From Bacillota bacterium (GTDB taxonomy: Bacteria; Bacillota; Clostridia; Saccharofermentanales; DTU023): DNA of 64,000 bases. The DNA lies in contig JAKPXB010000049.1 of NCBI GenBank assembly GCA_029570375.1, forward strand, positions 25,046-89,045, in the 5' to 3' direction. The notes beneath the pieces are model-generated. The model searched no databases, was not told the origin of the DNA, and worked only from the letters and a program-made list of their open reading frames with translations. Position numbers and translations under genes: made by a program. Of this stretch, positions 7,320-16,827 are shown piece after piece (within the stretch, counting starts at the first letter, position 1; each line of letters starts with the position of its first letter).

Positions 7320-8402
7320 TCAGGAATGACTGATCCAGCCCTGATGAATGAGAAGCTCTGCCGTCAGAACAGCGCCGCCGGCGGCTCCCCGGACGAGATT
7401 GTGAGACAGACAGACGAATTTATAGTCGAAGATCGGATCCTCGCGCAGCCGGCCGATCGAGATACCCATCCCGCGTCTCGACGACACATCATACTTCGGC
7501 TGCGGGCGGTCCGTCTCCTCGAAGTAGCGGATAAACGGACGCGGCGCCGACGGCAGATTCGCTTCCCCCACAATACTCGAGAAATCTCGCCAGCGCATCA
7601 GAATATCCGTCGCCTCGATCGGACGGCGGAACCGCACAAAGACAGCCGCCATGTGTCCGAATTCGACGGGTACACGGAAGCACTGTGAGGAAATGAGAGG
7701 TTTTCTCGCCAGCTCAATGCGGTCTTCCCTGAGCTTCCCCCAGACTTTCAGCGGTTCCCATTCGCTCTTCTCTTCTTCCCCGCTGATAAACGGGATGACA
7801 TTGCTCTGCATCTCCGGCCAGTCGGCCAGACGGCGGCCTGCACCGGACACCGCCTGATACGTCGTCACAAATACTTCCTCGATGCCAAAATCCATCAGGG
7901 GAGTCAATGACGGAACGTAACTCTGAATCGAACAGTTGGGTTTGACGACGATAAAACCGCGCTTCGTTCCGAGCCGCTTTTTCTGCGCTTCGATAAGCTG
8001 CGTGTGGTCCGGGTTGATCTCCGGTATGATCAGGGGCACATCCGGCGTCCAGCGCATCGCCGCGTTATTTGATATGACCGGAATCTCCGATCTGGCAATC
8101 GCTTCTTCTAACTGGATCAGGGCGTCCTTCTCCATATCTACCGCGCTGAAGACGAAATCGACCGATTCGCTGAGAGAGTCCACCTCCTGGGTGCCATGTA
8201 CGATCATATCCTTGACGATATCAGGCATCGGCTCTTCCTGCCGCCACGACTCCCCTGCCGCTTCCAGATACGTCTTTCCCCGTGATCGCGGAGACGCGAT
8301 CAGCGAAGTGATTTCAAACCACGGATGATCATGCAGGAGCAGGATGAAGCGCTGGCCGACATGGCCCGTCGCACCGAGGATGCCGACACGAAATTTTTTC
8401 AT
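7320..8402 (-). CDS. asd: Aspartate-semialdehyde dehydrogenase
   Basis: N-terminal Rossmann motif VGILGATGHVGQR and active-site Cys context KPNCSIQSY. The length is 360 aa. Confidence 0.9.
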   Translation of the reverse strand: MKKFRVGILGATGHVGQRFILLLHDHPWFEITSLIASPRSRGKTYLEAAGESWRQEEPMPDIVKDMIVHGTQEVDSLSESVDFVFSAVDMEKDALIQLEEAIARSEIPVISNNAAMRWTPDVPLIIPEINPDHTQLIEAQKKRLGTKRGFIVVKPNCSIQSYVPSLTPLMDFGIEEVFVTTYQAVSGAGRRLADWPEMQSNVIPFISGEEEKSEWEPLKVWGKLREDRIELARKPLISSQCFRVPVEFGHMAAVFVRFRRPIEATDILMRWRDFSSIVGEANLPSAPRPFIRYFEETDRPQPKYDVSSRRGMGISIGRLREDPIFDYKFVCLSHNLVRGAAGGAVLTAELLIHQGWISHS

Positions 8403-8621
8403 ATTCCGAACACCAAACCCTTTCAGTTAAAGATTAACTATTGCAGATTATAGCCATTCTAGCACGGTACAGTACAATCTACACGCAGCGAATTTGATGT
8501 TTTGTTAGAATAGAATCGGTCATGAAGCGGCCGCGATTGGACGGATATAGTTCAGGCCGCGGTTCCGCCCCGGCGCGGAGGTAGTGGCGGAATCTTTGCC
8601 GCAAGAAGGCATATTGGACAG

Positions 8622-9629
8622 GTGGGCGATAAGATGAACGAAAACCGTAAACTCCCGATCGATACTTTTCAACGGCTCGAAGAGTTCCTTGGCTACATTC
8701 AGGCGATTCTCGAGCGTTCTGCAGGCACGGTGCGGCAATACCGCTATGATCTCGTGCTGTTCTTTCGTTTTCTGATCGCGGACAACCGGAAACTCCAGCC
8801 TGAAGACGAGGCATGGACGAGCATTGACATCTCCGTCGTCAATGATTCTTTTCTCCGGTCCCTTCAGCTCTCCGACCTATACTCCTATATCACATGGCTC
8901 GCGGCGGTCCGACGGACATCGCCGGCGACGAGGGCGCGGCGCTCCTCATCCCTGCGGTCATTTTTTGATTACCTGACAACAAAAGCGCATGTGCTGGATG
9001 AGAACATCGCCGCCAACCTCGAGCTGCCGAAACAGACCCGGCGTTTACCGCGATACCTGACACTGGATGAAAGCCGCGAACTCCTGCATGTCGCTTCCGG
9101 AGACGAATCACGCCTCTCCTCCCGGGACTACTGCATCCTGACACTGTTTCTCAACTGCGGTATGCGGCTGTCAGAACTGTGCGGCATCGATCTCCCGGAC
9201 TGGCGGGAGAATACGCTCGTTGTCCTTGGAAAAGGCGGAAAAGAACGGACCATCTACCTCAACAGCGCCTGCATCGCCGCGCTCCGGGACTATCTCCCCG
9301 ACCGTGTAAAGCCTGTCCCTCAGGAACGCGACGCGCTGTTTATCTCCCGTCTGGGAAAGCGCGTGACGCCGCGCGCTGTGCAGAATATCATCAAGAAATA
9401 CATCCGGCAGGCAGGACTCGACCCTGAGCGCTATTCCACGCACAAGCTCCGCCATACGGCCGCGACACTGATGTACCAGTACGGCGAAGTCGATATCAGG
9501 AGCCTGCAGGCCATACTCGGGCACTCTTCCGTCGCGACAACCGAAATCTACACGCATATCGACGAGCGCTCTCTCCACGATGCCGTCGAGCTGAATCCGC
9601 TCAGCCACGAGCGGAACAAATCAAGCTAA
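8622..9629 (+). CDS. Tyrosine recombinase, XerC/XerD-like
   Basis: Catalytic signature present: GMRLSEL (Arg), GKGGKER (Lys), HKLRHTAAT (His-x-x-Arg), LGHSSVATTEIYTH (His, Tyr). An N-terminal SAM-like domain is present. The start is GTG 8622 or ATG 8634. Confidence 0.85.
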   Translation: MGDKMNENRKLPIDTFQRLEEFLGYIQAILERSAGTVRQYRYDLVLFFRFLIADNRKLQPEDEAWTSIDISVVNDSFLRSLQLSDLYSYITWLAAVRRTSPATRARRSSSLRSFFDYLTTKAHVLDENIAANLELPKQTRRLPRYLTLDESRELLHVASGDESRLSSRDYCILTLFLNCGMRLSELCGIDLPDWRENTLVVLGKGGKERTIYLNSACIAALRDYLPDRVKPVPQERDALFISRLGKRVTPRAVQNIIKKYIRQAGLDPERYSTHKLRHTAATLMYQYGEVDIRSLQAILGHSSVATTEIYTHIDERSLHDAVELNPLSHERNKSS

Positions 9630-9659
9630 AACCGTCGTCTCCCCTTCTTCGTTTGCCTG

Positions 9660-11051
9660 TTAAAGACATTTCCCAAGCACATAATCGAGGTAATGAAAAC
9701 AGCTCGCCATCTGAACGCGTACAAGTTTCTCAATCGGTATTGAATGGTAGTTTAAGTTCTCCTCCAGGAACCGGTTGTTTTTCTCCATGATCTCCTTCGC
9801 CCTGTCTCTTGTTTCGGCCAGAACCGCGCGCTTTGTTACCTCAAACCCCTCTCCGCTTTCGAGGAAATGCGTCAACCCCTGCGCGAGAAGCGTGAAATTC
9901 AGATTATTGTAGAAACGGCTGATGTATAAATTGTCAAACGCCTGACAGATTTTTGCCGGTTTTAAGAACGCCTCGTTGCCTTCTATCCAGCGCCGTTTGG
10001 CCGGCGTTCCGCTTAAGAGTCTGAGGCGGTCTTCGACTGCCAGAATATAAGGATTCTTCCGGTCGATGAAGGCCCTCACGCGATGATACAGATCCATTAG
10101 GAGCTGCTGCGTCTGATCAGCGAGCGCGCATGCCTTCAGAAGCACCTCTTTTCGGGAATACTCGCTCAGGCTCTGATCTTCGACCCGCGGATCATAGAAA
10201 TAAGGAAGCTCGTTGACAAGGGAGTAGACGAGATCGGAAGAGTGATTATTGATGTATTCCACACAGCTGGCGCCGGCGCTGAGGTGTTTTGATGGATCGA
10301 AATCCTCCATATGTTTTTCGAGATAATCGTATTGCGCGCGGAGGCCGAAATCTTTGTATACCGCGGGATATAACTCCTTACAATAGGGGGTTTCCGGTTC
10401 GCCGAGATGCAGTGGAATCTCCTCACGTTCAGGCTGGAGGTAGAGTTTCTTAAAGAGAATCTCCTCGCCGCCTGTCACATACCAGTAACACCCGCCGAAG
10501 CCCGCATTGTGGAGTGAATAGATAAAGCGGAAAGGAACCTTGTCCATGAGCCGCATGATCGCCTGTGTCTCGGGAATCGGGGAATGAAAAGAATAATCCT
10601 TGTACATCACGGGGAAACTCCACTCCACCTGTTGGTGGAAGGCTGGGCGAAAGAAATTCTCCATATAGTGTGTAATCGTAAAGGGTCCCTTGAACCATCC
10701 TTCATTCATCACCGTCGCGTCGATATCGCTTGATTTAATCATGTACCAGGTACAATCGAACGCGCCGGCAAGATCACCATGCGTCAGAAGCTCAGAGATA
10801 AGCGCATCCAGCGTCATCGCGCCGATCGGTTCGTTCGGGTGGGGACATCCGATCAAAAGAACAGGGACGCGGCCATGTCCTATTTTCAAGCAATTGATAT
10901 CCCTTCCTTCGCGTGAAACGCCGATGTTGAACAAATCTACTTCCGCCGGGAATTGCTTTTTTACTTTACAGCTCCTCTCCTCCATTTCCGCGACAGTAAA
11001 AAAACAATCGTAAGATGGAACCCGATCCAGTATTGCTTGAAGATTCTTCAT
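9660..11051 (-). CDS. M14-family zinc carboxypeptidase-like protein
   Basis: HxxE zinc motif in LLIGCPHPNEPIG and a later His in IYSLHNAG. It lies 6 nt downstream of the Opp-type ATPase gene. I took the start at ATG 11051. Confidence 0.55.
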   Translation of the reverse strand: MKNLQAILDRVPSYDCFFTVAEMEERSCKVKKQFPAEVDLFNIGVSREGRDINCLKIGHGRVPVLLIGCPHPNEPIGAMTLDALISELLTHGDLAGAFDCTWYMIKSSDIDATVMNEGWFKGPFTITHYMENFFRPAFHQQVEWSFPVMYKDYSFHSPIPETQAIMRLMDKVPFRFIYSLHNAGFGGCYWYVTGGEEILFKKLYLQPEREEIPLHLGEPETPYCKELYPAVYKDFGLRAQYDYLEKHMEDFDPSKHLSAGASCVEYINNHSSDLVYSLVNELPYFYDPRVEDQSLSEYSRKEVLLKACALADQTQQLLMDLYHRVRAFIDRKNPYILAVEDRLRLLSGTPAKRRWIEGNEAFLKPAKICQAFDNLYISRFYNNLNFTLLAQGLTHFLESGEGFEVTKRAVLAETRDRAKEIMEKNNRFLEENLNYHSIPIEKLVRVQMASCFHYLDYVLGKCL

Positions 11052-11056
11052 AACCA

Positions 11057-12058
11057 CTACCTCTGCTCTCTTTGATAGATAAAACAGGAAACCTCATGAG
11101 ATTCGCCTGCTTTCGTAACTGAAGGATAAGCGCGCCAGCAGTGCGCCGACGCTTTGGGACACCGTTCAGCAAAAAAGCAACCCGGCCCCGTGCCGACCGG
11201 CGAAGGAGGCTCGCCTTCGATCCGTATAACCTCCGTCTGGTCATCTGGGTCAATTGTCGAACAGTTCGATAACAGCGCTTCTGTGTAGGGATGTCTGGGG
11301 TGCAGAATAATGTCATCCGTGCGGCCTGTTTCCACAATGCGGCCGAGATACATCACCGCCACCCTATCTGAGACATACCGGATCACGGATATATCATGGC
11401 TGATAAACATGATCCCGGTCCCTTTCTGCCGGCAGAGTACCAAAAGCATCGCCAAAATATCGGCGCGGACCGATACATCGAGCATCGAAATCGGTTCGTC
11501 AACCACCATAAAGGCCGGATTGAGAAGCAGACTGCGGAGGATGGAAATGCGCTGCAGCTGGCCGCCGGACAGTTCGTGGGGATAACGGTTCAGAAAATCC
11601 GCCGCCGGTATCAAACCGCCTTCCTCCAGCGCAGACAGGCAGAGTTCCCTGCGCTCTGCGCTATCCGACCCTATATTGTGCATTTTTAACGGACGCATCA
11701 GTAAGCTGCCAATCCTGTCATTTGGCGTAAACGTATCAAAAGGATTCTGGAATACCGTTTGAGCAATCCGATGAAAACCCTTCTTGTCATCTCGTATCAA
11801 ATCTGTGCTCAGGCGCCCGTTGTAGCGTATCTCCCCTGTTGTCGGCTGTTCCAGACCGATCAGCATTCTCGCCAGCGTGGACTTACCGCAGCCGCTTTCG
11901 CCGATGATACCGACAACTTCTCCGGAGTTAACCGTGAGGTCGATGCCGTCAACGGCTTTCACCCATTCTTTGCCTGGAGAAAACAGCCTATTCTTTCGGC
12001 GGCAAGGGTACCATTTCTTCAGATTCTTCACTTCCAGCAACGTTGTTAGTTCCGTCAT
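11057..12058 (-). CDS. Opp/Dpp-type peptide ABC transporter ATP-binding protein (OppF-like)
   Basis: Walker A GESGCGKST, signature LSGGQLQR, Walker B MVVDEP, and the C-terminal oligopeptide-ABC extension. Confidence 0.85.
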   Translation of the reverse strand: MTELTTLLEVKNLKKWYPCRRKNRLFSPGKEWVKAVDGIDLTVNSGEVVGIIGESGCGKSTLARMLIGLEQPTTGEIRYNGRLSTDLIRDDKKGFHRIAQTVFQNPFDTFTPNDRIGSLLMRPLKMHNIGSDSAERRELCLSALEEGGLIPAADFLNRYPHELSGGQLQRISILRSLLLNPAFMVVDEPISMLDVSVRADILAMLLVLCRQKGTGIMFISHDISVIRYVSDRVAVMYLGRIVETGRTDDIILHPRHPYTEALLSNCSTIDPDDQTEVIRIEGEPPSPVGTGPGCFFAERCPKASAHCWRAYPSVTKAGESHEVSCFIYQREQR

Positions 12059-13047
12059 CTGTTCACCCCTTCTTTCACATCAGTCTCGCGGATTTTCCCG
12101 TAGAGGTGGCAGCACACCGTGTGCAGACCACCTGTCTGGCAGACGACGGGCTTTTCCTGGCGGCAGATTTCCCGGTGCGCGCGACAGCGATCGTAAAATG
12201 CGCATCCCCGTGTCTTCACGGATAAATCAGGCAGAGTTCCCGGGATGGAATGCACTTCTCTCTTTTCACCGCGAAGCGACGGAAAGGATGCAATCAATGC
12301 TTTTGTATACGGATGCATCGGATGATTCAACACGTCGCGCACGTCTCCATATTCCATCATGTCTCCCGCGTATAGAACTAATATCTGCTGACAGGCTGTC
12401 GCCACGACAAATAAATCGTGAGTAATCATGATGCGCGTGACATCGACAACTTTTTCCAGCTCCTTTATTTCCTCAAGAATCTGGCCTTGTGTAATCACAT
12501 CCAACGCAGTCGTCGATTCATCCATAATCAGCAGCGTCGGATGAAAAATTAAACTCAGCGCGATACTGACGCGCTGGAGCATGCCACCGGACAGCTCGTG
12601 TGGATAACAGGTGTAGACGCGCGGAGAGAGATTCACCATGTGAAATAGCGCGTAGACCCTCTCCCTTATCTCCGATGAAGAGATGTCCGGCTCATGTACA
12701 CGGTAGATATCTTCAAAATGCGTTCCGATCTTATGGACAGGGCTGAGATTATTCATGGATTTCTGAAATACGGCGGCAATCCGCGTCCAGCGGTACTCTT
12801 TGAACTGCTTTTCGTCCAGTGCAAGCAGGTCCCGTCCTTCAAAGATGATCTGTCCCGTCACCTCTGTATTCTTTAAATTGTGCATCTTCAATATCGCCAT
12901 CGCCAGCGTTGATTTCCCTGAACCGCTCTCACCGATAATGCCAAGCGATTTTCCTTTCTCAAGTGAAAAATTCACATTGTTTACGGCGTAAATCGCCTTA
13001 TTCCTCATTCTGTATACAATGTTTAGATCTCTGATATCCAGCAGCAT
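12055..13047 (-). CDS. Opp/Dpp-type peptide ABC transporter ATP-binding protein (OppD-like)
   Basis: Walker A GESGSGKST, signature LSGGMLQR and Walker B LIMDEST. It has a 4-nt ATGA overlap with the downstream ATPase gene. Confidence 0.85.
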   Translation of the reverse strand: MLLDIRDLNIVYRMRNKAIYAVNNVNFSLEKGKSLGIIGESGSGKSTLAMAILKMHNLKNTEVTGQIIFEGRDLLALDEKQFKEYRWTRIAAVFQKSMNNLSPVHKIGTHFEDIYRVHEPDISSSEIRERVYALFHMVNLSPRVYTCYPHELSGGMLQRVSIALSLIFHPTLLIMDESTTALDVITQGQILEEIKELEKVVDVTRIMITHDLFVVATACQQILVLYAGDMMEYGDVRDVLNHPMHPYTKALIASFPSLRGEKREVHSIPGTLPDLSVKTRGCAFYDRCRAHREICRQEKPVVCQTGGLHTVCCHLYGKIRETDVKEGVNR

Positions 13048-13893
13048 TTACCTGATCCTCCTCAGCTTGGGATTCAAGGCTTCGTTCAGGCCGTCACCGA
13101 TCATATAAAAGATAATCACAATGAACATGATCGCGAGTCCCGCGAACGTAGATATCCACCAGGCGGAGGTAATGTATTGTTTTCCGTCGAAGATCATCTG
13201 CCCCCAGCTCACAACATTCGGATCACCCAAGCCGAGGAAACTCAGGCTTGCCTCTGTCAGAATGGCTGACGCGACGCCCATCGTCGTATTGGCGACCACT
13301 GGAAATATCCCATTCGGAATAATGTATTTGAAGAGAATGCGCCATCCGGATTCTCCCATGGCGACGGCACTCTTGACGAAAGTCCTTTCCTTGATCGAAA
13401 GCGCCTGAACACGCATCATACGTGCGTTACTAGGCCACGACGTGAGGCCGATGACCAGCATGACATTCAGCATGCTGCTTCCGAATAGCGCCACAATAAT
13501 CAGAATCAGAAAAAACGTGGGGATCATAAGAAAAATATTGATGATCTCCGAAATAACGATATCGAATTTGCCCCTGAAATAGCCTGCAGCCGCTCCGATG
13601 AGCGTCCCGATCACCCCGGAAATCAGCGCGGATACGATCCCAATACTCAGCGAAGTACGCGAACCATAGATGATCATGCTGAAAACATCCTGTCCCATCG
13701 CTGTTGTTCCCAGAAAGTGATTTCCCACTCCGGGGCGGACCATCAAATCATCACCCAATTTATATGGATCATAGGGCGCGATCGCTCCCGCGAAAATGAC
13801 CACAAGAACGACACATAAAAGTAGGATACAACCAGACCTCAGCCTTCTATTGATGGATAAAGCGCTGATCAATCTTGAAAAAATACTTGACAT
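13048..13893 (-). CDS. Opp/Dpp-type peptide ABC transporter permease (OppC-like)
   Basis: Polytopic membrane protein with a BPD-transport EAA-like loop (SIKERTFVKSAVAMGESGWRILFKYIIPN). Confidence 0.85.
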   Translation of the reverse strand: MSSIFSRLISALSINRRLRSGCILLLCVVLVVIFAGAIAPYDPYKLGDDLMVRPGVGNHFLGTTAMGQDVFSMIIYGSRTSLSIGIVSALISGVIGTLIGAAAGYFRGKFDIVISEIINIFLMIPTFFLILIIVALFGSSMLNVMLVIGLTSWPSNARMMRVQALSIKERTFVKSAVAMGESGWRILFKYIIPNGIFPVVANTTMGVASAILTEASLSFLGLGDPNVVSWGQMIFDGKQYITSAWWISTFAGLAIMFIVIIFYMIGDGLNEALNPKLRRIR

Positions 13894-13909
13894 CGATCAT
13901 TTCCTCCGG

Positions 13910-14875
13910 TCACTCATAGCGAATTCTTGGGTCAAGCGCGGCGTTAACCAGATCCATTAATATCGTCACAATAACGACTGAAACGGAGATTAAAAGATAC
14001 ACGCCCATCAATACGTTGTAATCTCTCATCATGATCGACCGGTACATCAAAACGCCGATCCCCGGCCAGGAGAAAACGATTTCAACAAGCATCGAACCGG
14101 CGACCACGTACGCCAGATTGATACTGAATACATTGATAATAGGCAGTACGGCATTTTTGAAGACGTATTTTCTGAAAATTGCCCCCTCTTTCATGCCGGC
14201 GACACGCAGCGTGGTGATGAAGTCCTCCGCCATAACCTGCATTACAGCTGATTTTGTGATGCGGAAGTAAGTCGGGATCTGAACCGAGACTAGTGTGATC
14301 ACCGGTAAAATCATGTGCGTGGCTATATCGAGAACGCGGCGGAAACCGGTATAGTTCGCACGAACGTTAACCATCCCTTGCGTCGGGAGCCATTTAAAAT
14401 GGCTCGCCAAAAGCAAAATCAACATAATTCCAATCCAGAAGGAAGGCATCGAATTAAGGAAATAGGAAATTGTTGAAAAAATCTTGTCAATCAGCTTCCC
14501 CTCGTTTTTCCCGGCATAAAGCCCGAGTAAAGAGCCGATTATCAGCGCGAGGATAATACTCACGCCGGAAAGAAGCAATGAAGGGCCGATTCGGTCGGCA
14601 ATAAGTCGCGCGACAGGCTGATTGTAGAGATATGAATCCCCTAAATCGCCTCTGATAACTGACTTGAAATACCGTCCGATCTGAATATAAAACGGCTGGT
14701 CAAAACCATATTTCTCCGTTATGGACTGAATTAGTTCCTCTGATGGGTTATCAAATCCAGCCATCAATCTTGCCGGATCTCCCGGAGCAGTCTTGATGAT
14801 TGTAAAATTAAGAATAACGACAATCAGGATAATAAAAACAGCTGTCAATAATCGCCGAAAAATATACCGTCTCAT
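13910..14875 (-). CDS. Opp/Dpp-type peptide ABC transporter permease (OppB-like)
   Basis: Typical N-terminus MRRYIFRRLL...ILNFTIIKTAPGDP and a loop EDFITTLRVAGMKEGAIFRKYVFKNA. Confidence 0.85.
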   Translation of the reverse strand: MRRYIFRRLLTAVFIILIVVILNFTIIKTAPGDPARLMAGFDNPSEELIQSITEKYGFDQPFYIQIGRYFKSVIRGDLGDSYLYNQPVARLIADRIGPSLLLSGVSIILALIIGSLLGLYAGKNEGKLIDKIFSTISYFLNSMPSFWIGIMLILLLASHFKWLPTQGMVNVRANYTGFRRVLDIATHMILPVITLVSVQIPTYFRITKSAVMQVMAEDFITTLRVAGMKEGAIFRKYVFKNAVLPIINVFSINLAYVVAGSMLVEIVFSWPGIGVLMYRSIMMRDYNVLMGVYLLISVSVVIVTILMDLVNAALDPRIRYE

Positions 14876-14932
14876 AATACTCTGCTACCATTTAAGACAT
14901 GGCCGGGCGGGCACGCCCGGCCACCGTTCACT

Positions 14933-16537
14933 TTAACCGATATTTACTTTCGCGTAACTGTTGTCGTGAACATCCGCCACCTGATCAATATACGGGACAC
15001 CAGAAACGTCTCTGCGCGCGGCATAGAAATTGGCGAATTCGACAATCGGGATGATGGGCAGCTCTTTTCCAAGAATTTCCTGAACTTTTTTGTATAGGGC
15101 TCCGCGCTCATCATGACCGACGAGTTTTTTAGCCTCCGCAAGCAGGTTGTCCACTTCTTTATTGGAGTATTTCGCCCAGTTCATAACTTGCCCGGTTCCT
15201 ATACGTTTGGTGATAGCATCCGGATCAGGACCCTGATATCCGGCGAGCATGGCGACTTCAAAGTTGCCGCTGTCAATTTTCTCTGCCCAGGCTGCCATCT
15301 CCATGACGTTGATCTTCAGATCAATCCCTACATCCTTGAGATTGGCCTGGATCACTTTCGCACAATCCGCATATGTGCCGCCGGAAAAGACATCCAGTTC
15401 CAGCGAAAGGTAGTTCCCGTTGGCGTCTTCTGTAAAACCCGCGTCCTCCAGAAACTTTCTGGCTCCGGAGACATCACGCGCTCCGATGTCAGCTTCCTTG
15501 TTGTACGCCCACTCCAAAAAAGGAGGGTAGAAACCATAGGCTGGCTTCTGCAAACCATGTGTACCCTTTACGGAGATCTCATCACGGTCGATGCCCAGAG
15601 CGACCGCTTTCCGAATGGCGAATTCCTTTACTTTCTCGTTCTCCATGTTAAAAATCAGCTGATATCGGCGCGCGGCACTCATAACGCCAATCTTGATATC
15701 CGGATCGCTCTGCATGGACGGAACTTCTGCCGTTGGAACACCGCACAAAAGATCGATCTCACCGTTTCTGAATGCCATGGTGGCGGTGTTGGCATCGGGA
15801 ATGATGGTATACACGAGGCGGTCGATGAGCGGTCTCCCCTTGAAGTATTCATCATTCGCCTCAAGCGTAATGCTCTCCCCTTTCTTATGGCTTACAAACT
15901 TGAAGGGTCCTGTGCCAATCGGTTTTACCGTAGCCGCTTCAGCTGTCGCCCAGTCGGCCTCTTTCTCGTAAATGTGTTTGGGGATGATGAAATGTTCATA
16001 CCACGCGAGCGTTCCGAGGAGCGTGGCATCAGGTTCTTTCAGTTTTAATACAACCGTATCGGGGTCAGGACATTCAATGGATTCAAGTGCATGGCTCAAC
16101 GTCTCGCCGATAAACCCGTGATCAGTCATAATCCTCTCATATGTATATTTGACATCATCCGATGAAAACGCGACGCCGTCATGCCATTTAATTCCCTTCG
16201 CGAGATGAAAGGTGTACGTTTTTCCGTCTTCGCTCGCCTCCCATGTTTCAGCGAGACCTGGAATGACTTCACTGTTGAAATTGAGTTCCAGCAAGCCGTC
16301 AAAAACATTCTGATAGATAAGGTGGCCGTCATCATCCGCTTTAAAAACAGGGTTAAATGTTGTCGGATCAGCTGAAAGATTGGTCACAAATGTTTTTAGT
16401 GAGTCCGGCGCCTGCGCGTCCGAGCCGGAAGCATTGGTGTCATTTGTTTTCTTCGTGTCTCCACCCTTCGGCGCACATGCCGCTGTCGACAGTACGACGA
16501 TCAGGATCAGCCATAAACAAAGAGCTTTCTTAAACAT
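14933..16537 (-). CDS. Peptide ABC transporter substrate-binding lipoprotein (family 5, OppA-like)
   Basis: Lipobox LSTAAC follows MFKKALCLWLILIVV. SBP_bac_5-type sequence. I took the start at ATG 16537 with a GAGGAGGAAAG RBS. The ORF-track start at 16600 lacks an RBS. Confidence 0.85.
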   Translation of the reverse strand: MFKKALCLWLILIVVLSTAACAPKGGDTKKTNDTNASGSDAQAPDSLKTFVTNLSADPTTFNPVFKADDDGHLIYQNVFDGLLELNFNSEVIPGLAETWEASEDGKTYTFHLAKGIKWHDGVAFSSDDVKYTYERIMTDHGFIGETLSHALESIECPDPDTVVLKLKEPDATLLGTLAWYEHFIIPKHIYEKEADWATAEAATVKPIGTGPFKFVSHKKGESITLEANDEYFKGRPLIDRLVYTIIPDANTATMAFRNGEIDLLCGVPTAEVPSMQSDPDIKIGVMSAARRYQLIFNMENEKVKEFAIRKAVALGIDRDEISVKGTHGLQKPAYGFYPPFLEWAYNKEADIGARDVSGARKFLEDAGFTEDANGNYLSLELDVFSGGTYADCAKVIQANLKDVGIDLKINVMEMAAWAEKIDSGNFEVAMLAGYQGPDPDAITKRIGTGQVMNWAKYSNKEVDNLLAEAKKLVGHDERGALYKKVQEILGKELPIIPIVEFANFYAARRDVSGVPYIDQVADVHDNSYAKVNIG

Positions 16538-16568
16538 AACTTTCCTCCTCTTTATTCTGCCGTATGGA

Positions 16569-16586
16569 TTTTTATCATGATAAAAA
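16569..16586. repeat. 18-nt perfect palindrome TTTTTATCATGATAAAAA in the oppA-like 5' UTR
   Basis: Read directly. It lies 32 nt upstream of the oppA-like ATG. Confidence 0.9.
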
Positions 16587-16600
16587 CCATGCGGCGTCAC

Positions 16601-16618
16601 AAGTGAACGTGTTCACTT
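16601..16618. promoter_or_regulatory. Palindrome AAGTGAAC-GT-GTTCACTT, candidate operator (TetR-type?)
   Basis: Perfect 8-nt arms. It is located between the divergent TetR gene and the Opp-type operon. Confidence 0.35.
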
Positions 16619-16669
16619 TGAGGAATTATACACTCATATGATAATTCAGTCAATTCGCCGATCGATTGA

Positions 16670-16691
16670 TATTTGAATCACTATTTGAATC
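16670..16691 (+). repeat. Tandem direct repeat TATTTGAATC (x2, 12-nt period)
   Basis: Read directly at 16670-16679 and 16682-16691, in the TetR/Opp divergent intergenic region. Confidence 0.9.
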
Positions 16692-16827
16692 GCCTTTTTG
16701 GATTTCCAACCTATGCTATTCAGCGATAAAATGAGAAGAAGCGGCGGTTACCTGATGCAAAAACCCGCGAGGATCCGCTTTGAACATTTATTAGACTGAC
16801 TCCATATGGAACAGAACGGAGAAAAAA

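Noticed and set aside
8403-8621. A lysine riboswitch (L-box) upstream of asd.
   Set aside because: The likely promoter (TATAAT/TAGAAT near 8440-8460) leaves only a 40-60-nt leader. No L-box conserved elements are visible.
8622-9629. The tyrosine recombinase gene as part of an IS, transposon or prophage.
   Set aside because: There are no flanking inverted repeats and no phage or transposition genes. Its GC content matches the core genome. Its role (Xer at the palindrome versus integrase of the adjacent island) remains open.
9628-9660. A direct repeat with 17448-17488 as att sites of the low-GC island.
   Set aside because: The similarity needs several long gaps and is low-complexity (T/C-rich). 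It is not convincing without comparative evidence.
16601-16618. The GAAC..GTTC core in the TetR/opp spacer as a LexA box.
   Set aside because: The spacing is GAAC-N2-GTTC, not N4. It is better explained as a local (TetR-type) operator.
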